A stretch of 63,984 nucleotides of DNA, the filler included, from Craspedostauros australis (lineage: Eukaryota), in the NCBI GenBank assembly GCA_030167865.1. It is 7 parts of 7 records of this genome, joined end to end, with 100 filler letters (N's around TTAATTAATTAA, not from the genome) between each part and the next. Parts side by side here need not be neighbours in the genome. Positions count along the whole stretch, not along the records: positions 62,131 to 63,984 come from JALAGF010001362.1; 6 more parts are not named here. One strand, given 5' to 3'. The number at the start of each line of letters is the position of its first letter. Position 1 is the first letter of the stretch. Below the pieces are notes generated by a model. It was not told where the DNA came from and searched no databases. It saw only the letters and a list, made by a program, of their open reading frames with translations. A program made the position numbers and the translations under genes. Below, piece after piece: positions 62,621 through 63,984 of this stretch.

Positions 62621-63984
62621 AGTCGACGTGCTGCTACGGCTATTCATATCAGTACGTTAATGAATACATGAATGCATGGAGAGTAAGCAAGAAGAATCGA
62701 GGATAAGCACTCGCCATGTTAGTTTTGGCGAGGGATAGTCAGATTACAAATACATCATTGAAGCGTTCTTCGTGTGCTGTAGGTGTCGTTATGTTGTGGC
62801 ATGGCATGGCGAGGTCGCTGGAGAGTACATTCGTATTGCATATGATTCGATCGCTGGTGTCTACAAACTTAAATTCAGACGTACCACAGAGCGCAACTCC
62901 CTCTTCAGAATGTCGAATAGATTCGAATGGTGGCACAGGCTGGAAGCGTTGCCCTCGTCATCTCTACGGTTGCGAACAGCCAATTCATCCCGCAATTCAT
63001 CCTTTCGGATGGAGATCATTCCTCAAGACTCATCTTCATCTCTGGATTGATCAAATCAGTTCGGTTGCCAACTCATCCATCGATGCACCTGATAGAAAAG
63101 TTGCGTCATGGTTGTGCAGGTGTACTCGTCCTCAGCTCGTGTGTCTTGGGATGGTGCGCTGCGGACAGCAAGCCCTCTTGTTCATCCTGGCCACTTCATA
63201 CTTTCTCGAAAGGAATCCACGATTTCGCATCTGCATCATGGCAGATTGTGAGGAAACGTCTTCTCTGATTGTGTCCACCCTGATGTGGTCATGTCTTCGT
63301 TGGTCTCATTGTTGACGCGTTACGCTGCGTTGTGTTGCATTGCCCTGCCAAGTCAAGAGCCAAGCGTCAAGAGGAGTGATGTTGGTGGCTTCTTGTGTGT
63401 GTTGGTTTGATGTGTTGGTGGATTCGGTGGTTGCGTGTTGGCTGACGTCATGTTGATGGGTGTGTTTTCTGTTGTCAGTATTTCCCACCTGTTTGTGGAT
63501 CTCTGTTGTTGCGAACATGAATGAGCGCGGCGAACCCTGTGTTGTTCCTGTCCATAAATCTGATAAGTGCACTTCTGAGCTGTACCGACCAATCACAAAC
63601 CAGAAGAGAGGAGACGTCAACCCGAACTTCTCCAATCAAACTCCGCACATTGCCAATGACACACGTCATCGTCCCATCCACCCAATTCCTCTGCTGACTC
63701 CATCGCACACATCACCTCACTTTCCCATGTCAGAAGATTCCAAACGAATGTGGAATCGAAATGAACGCGAAACAGAAACGTTTCACGTGATGGCTCACGA
63801 CCATTCGATGTCTCCATCTCTGATGTGTGGTGTTGTTGACGGTGTGAACATGTACCAACTCTGTGCAACCTCACCGCATCAAACAGGAAACACACGACAG
63901 CACCACACGCCAAACCAAACATCCACCTCTCACCTCCATCCTCTCATAAAATCAACAACTTGACCAACACTCGATCAATCCAAC

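Noticed and set aside
62860..63310. Minus-strand SAP-like fragment (KDELRDELAVRN)
   Set aside because: Short, interrupted by stops, and the similarity is too weak to call.

Overview
Eukaryotic genomic DNA, very probably a pennate diatom: spliceosomal GT-AG introns, receptor guanylate-cyclase/phosphodiesterase fusions, a class C GPCR, RxL-motif secreted proteins, and Ambal-like and Copia retroelements. The window is seven contigs joined by artificial 100-nt N/TTAATTAATTAA spacers (contigs 1-6546, 6647-36561, 36662-41260, 41361-58911, 59012-60538, 60639-62030, 62131-63984), so adjacency across spacers is not proven. Contig 1 has an ankyrin/coiled-coil/BTB gene. Contig 2 is gene-dense: two convergent membrane cyclase-PDE fusion genes (one with a catalytically degenerate PDE) enclose a Venus-flytrap class C GPCR, a SET methyltransferase, an NSUN2-like RNA m5C methyltransferase, an FKBP PPIase and two hypothetical genes. 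Contig 3 has a 20-bp minisatellite and a TM-LRR gene. Contig 4 is a nested transposon block: a Copia remnant, LTR fragments and a full-length APE-RT-RNaseH LINE with a 20-bp TSD whose ORF1 is split by a solo LTR. A secreted PTSA-repeat/Cys-rich protein gene follows, and the contig begins and ends with the same 84 bp. The remaining contigs hold a Copia remnant, a Harbinger-type transposase start and a strict 18-aa Cys-repeat protein fragment. No rRNA, tRNA or CRISPR was recognised. All calls come from reading motifs by eye; no database search was run.
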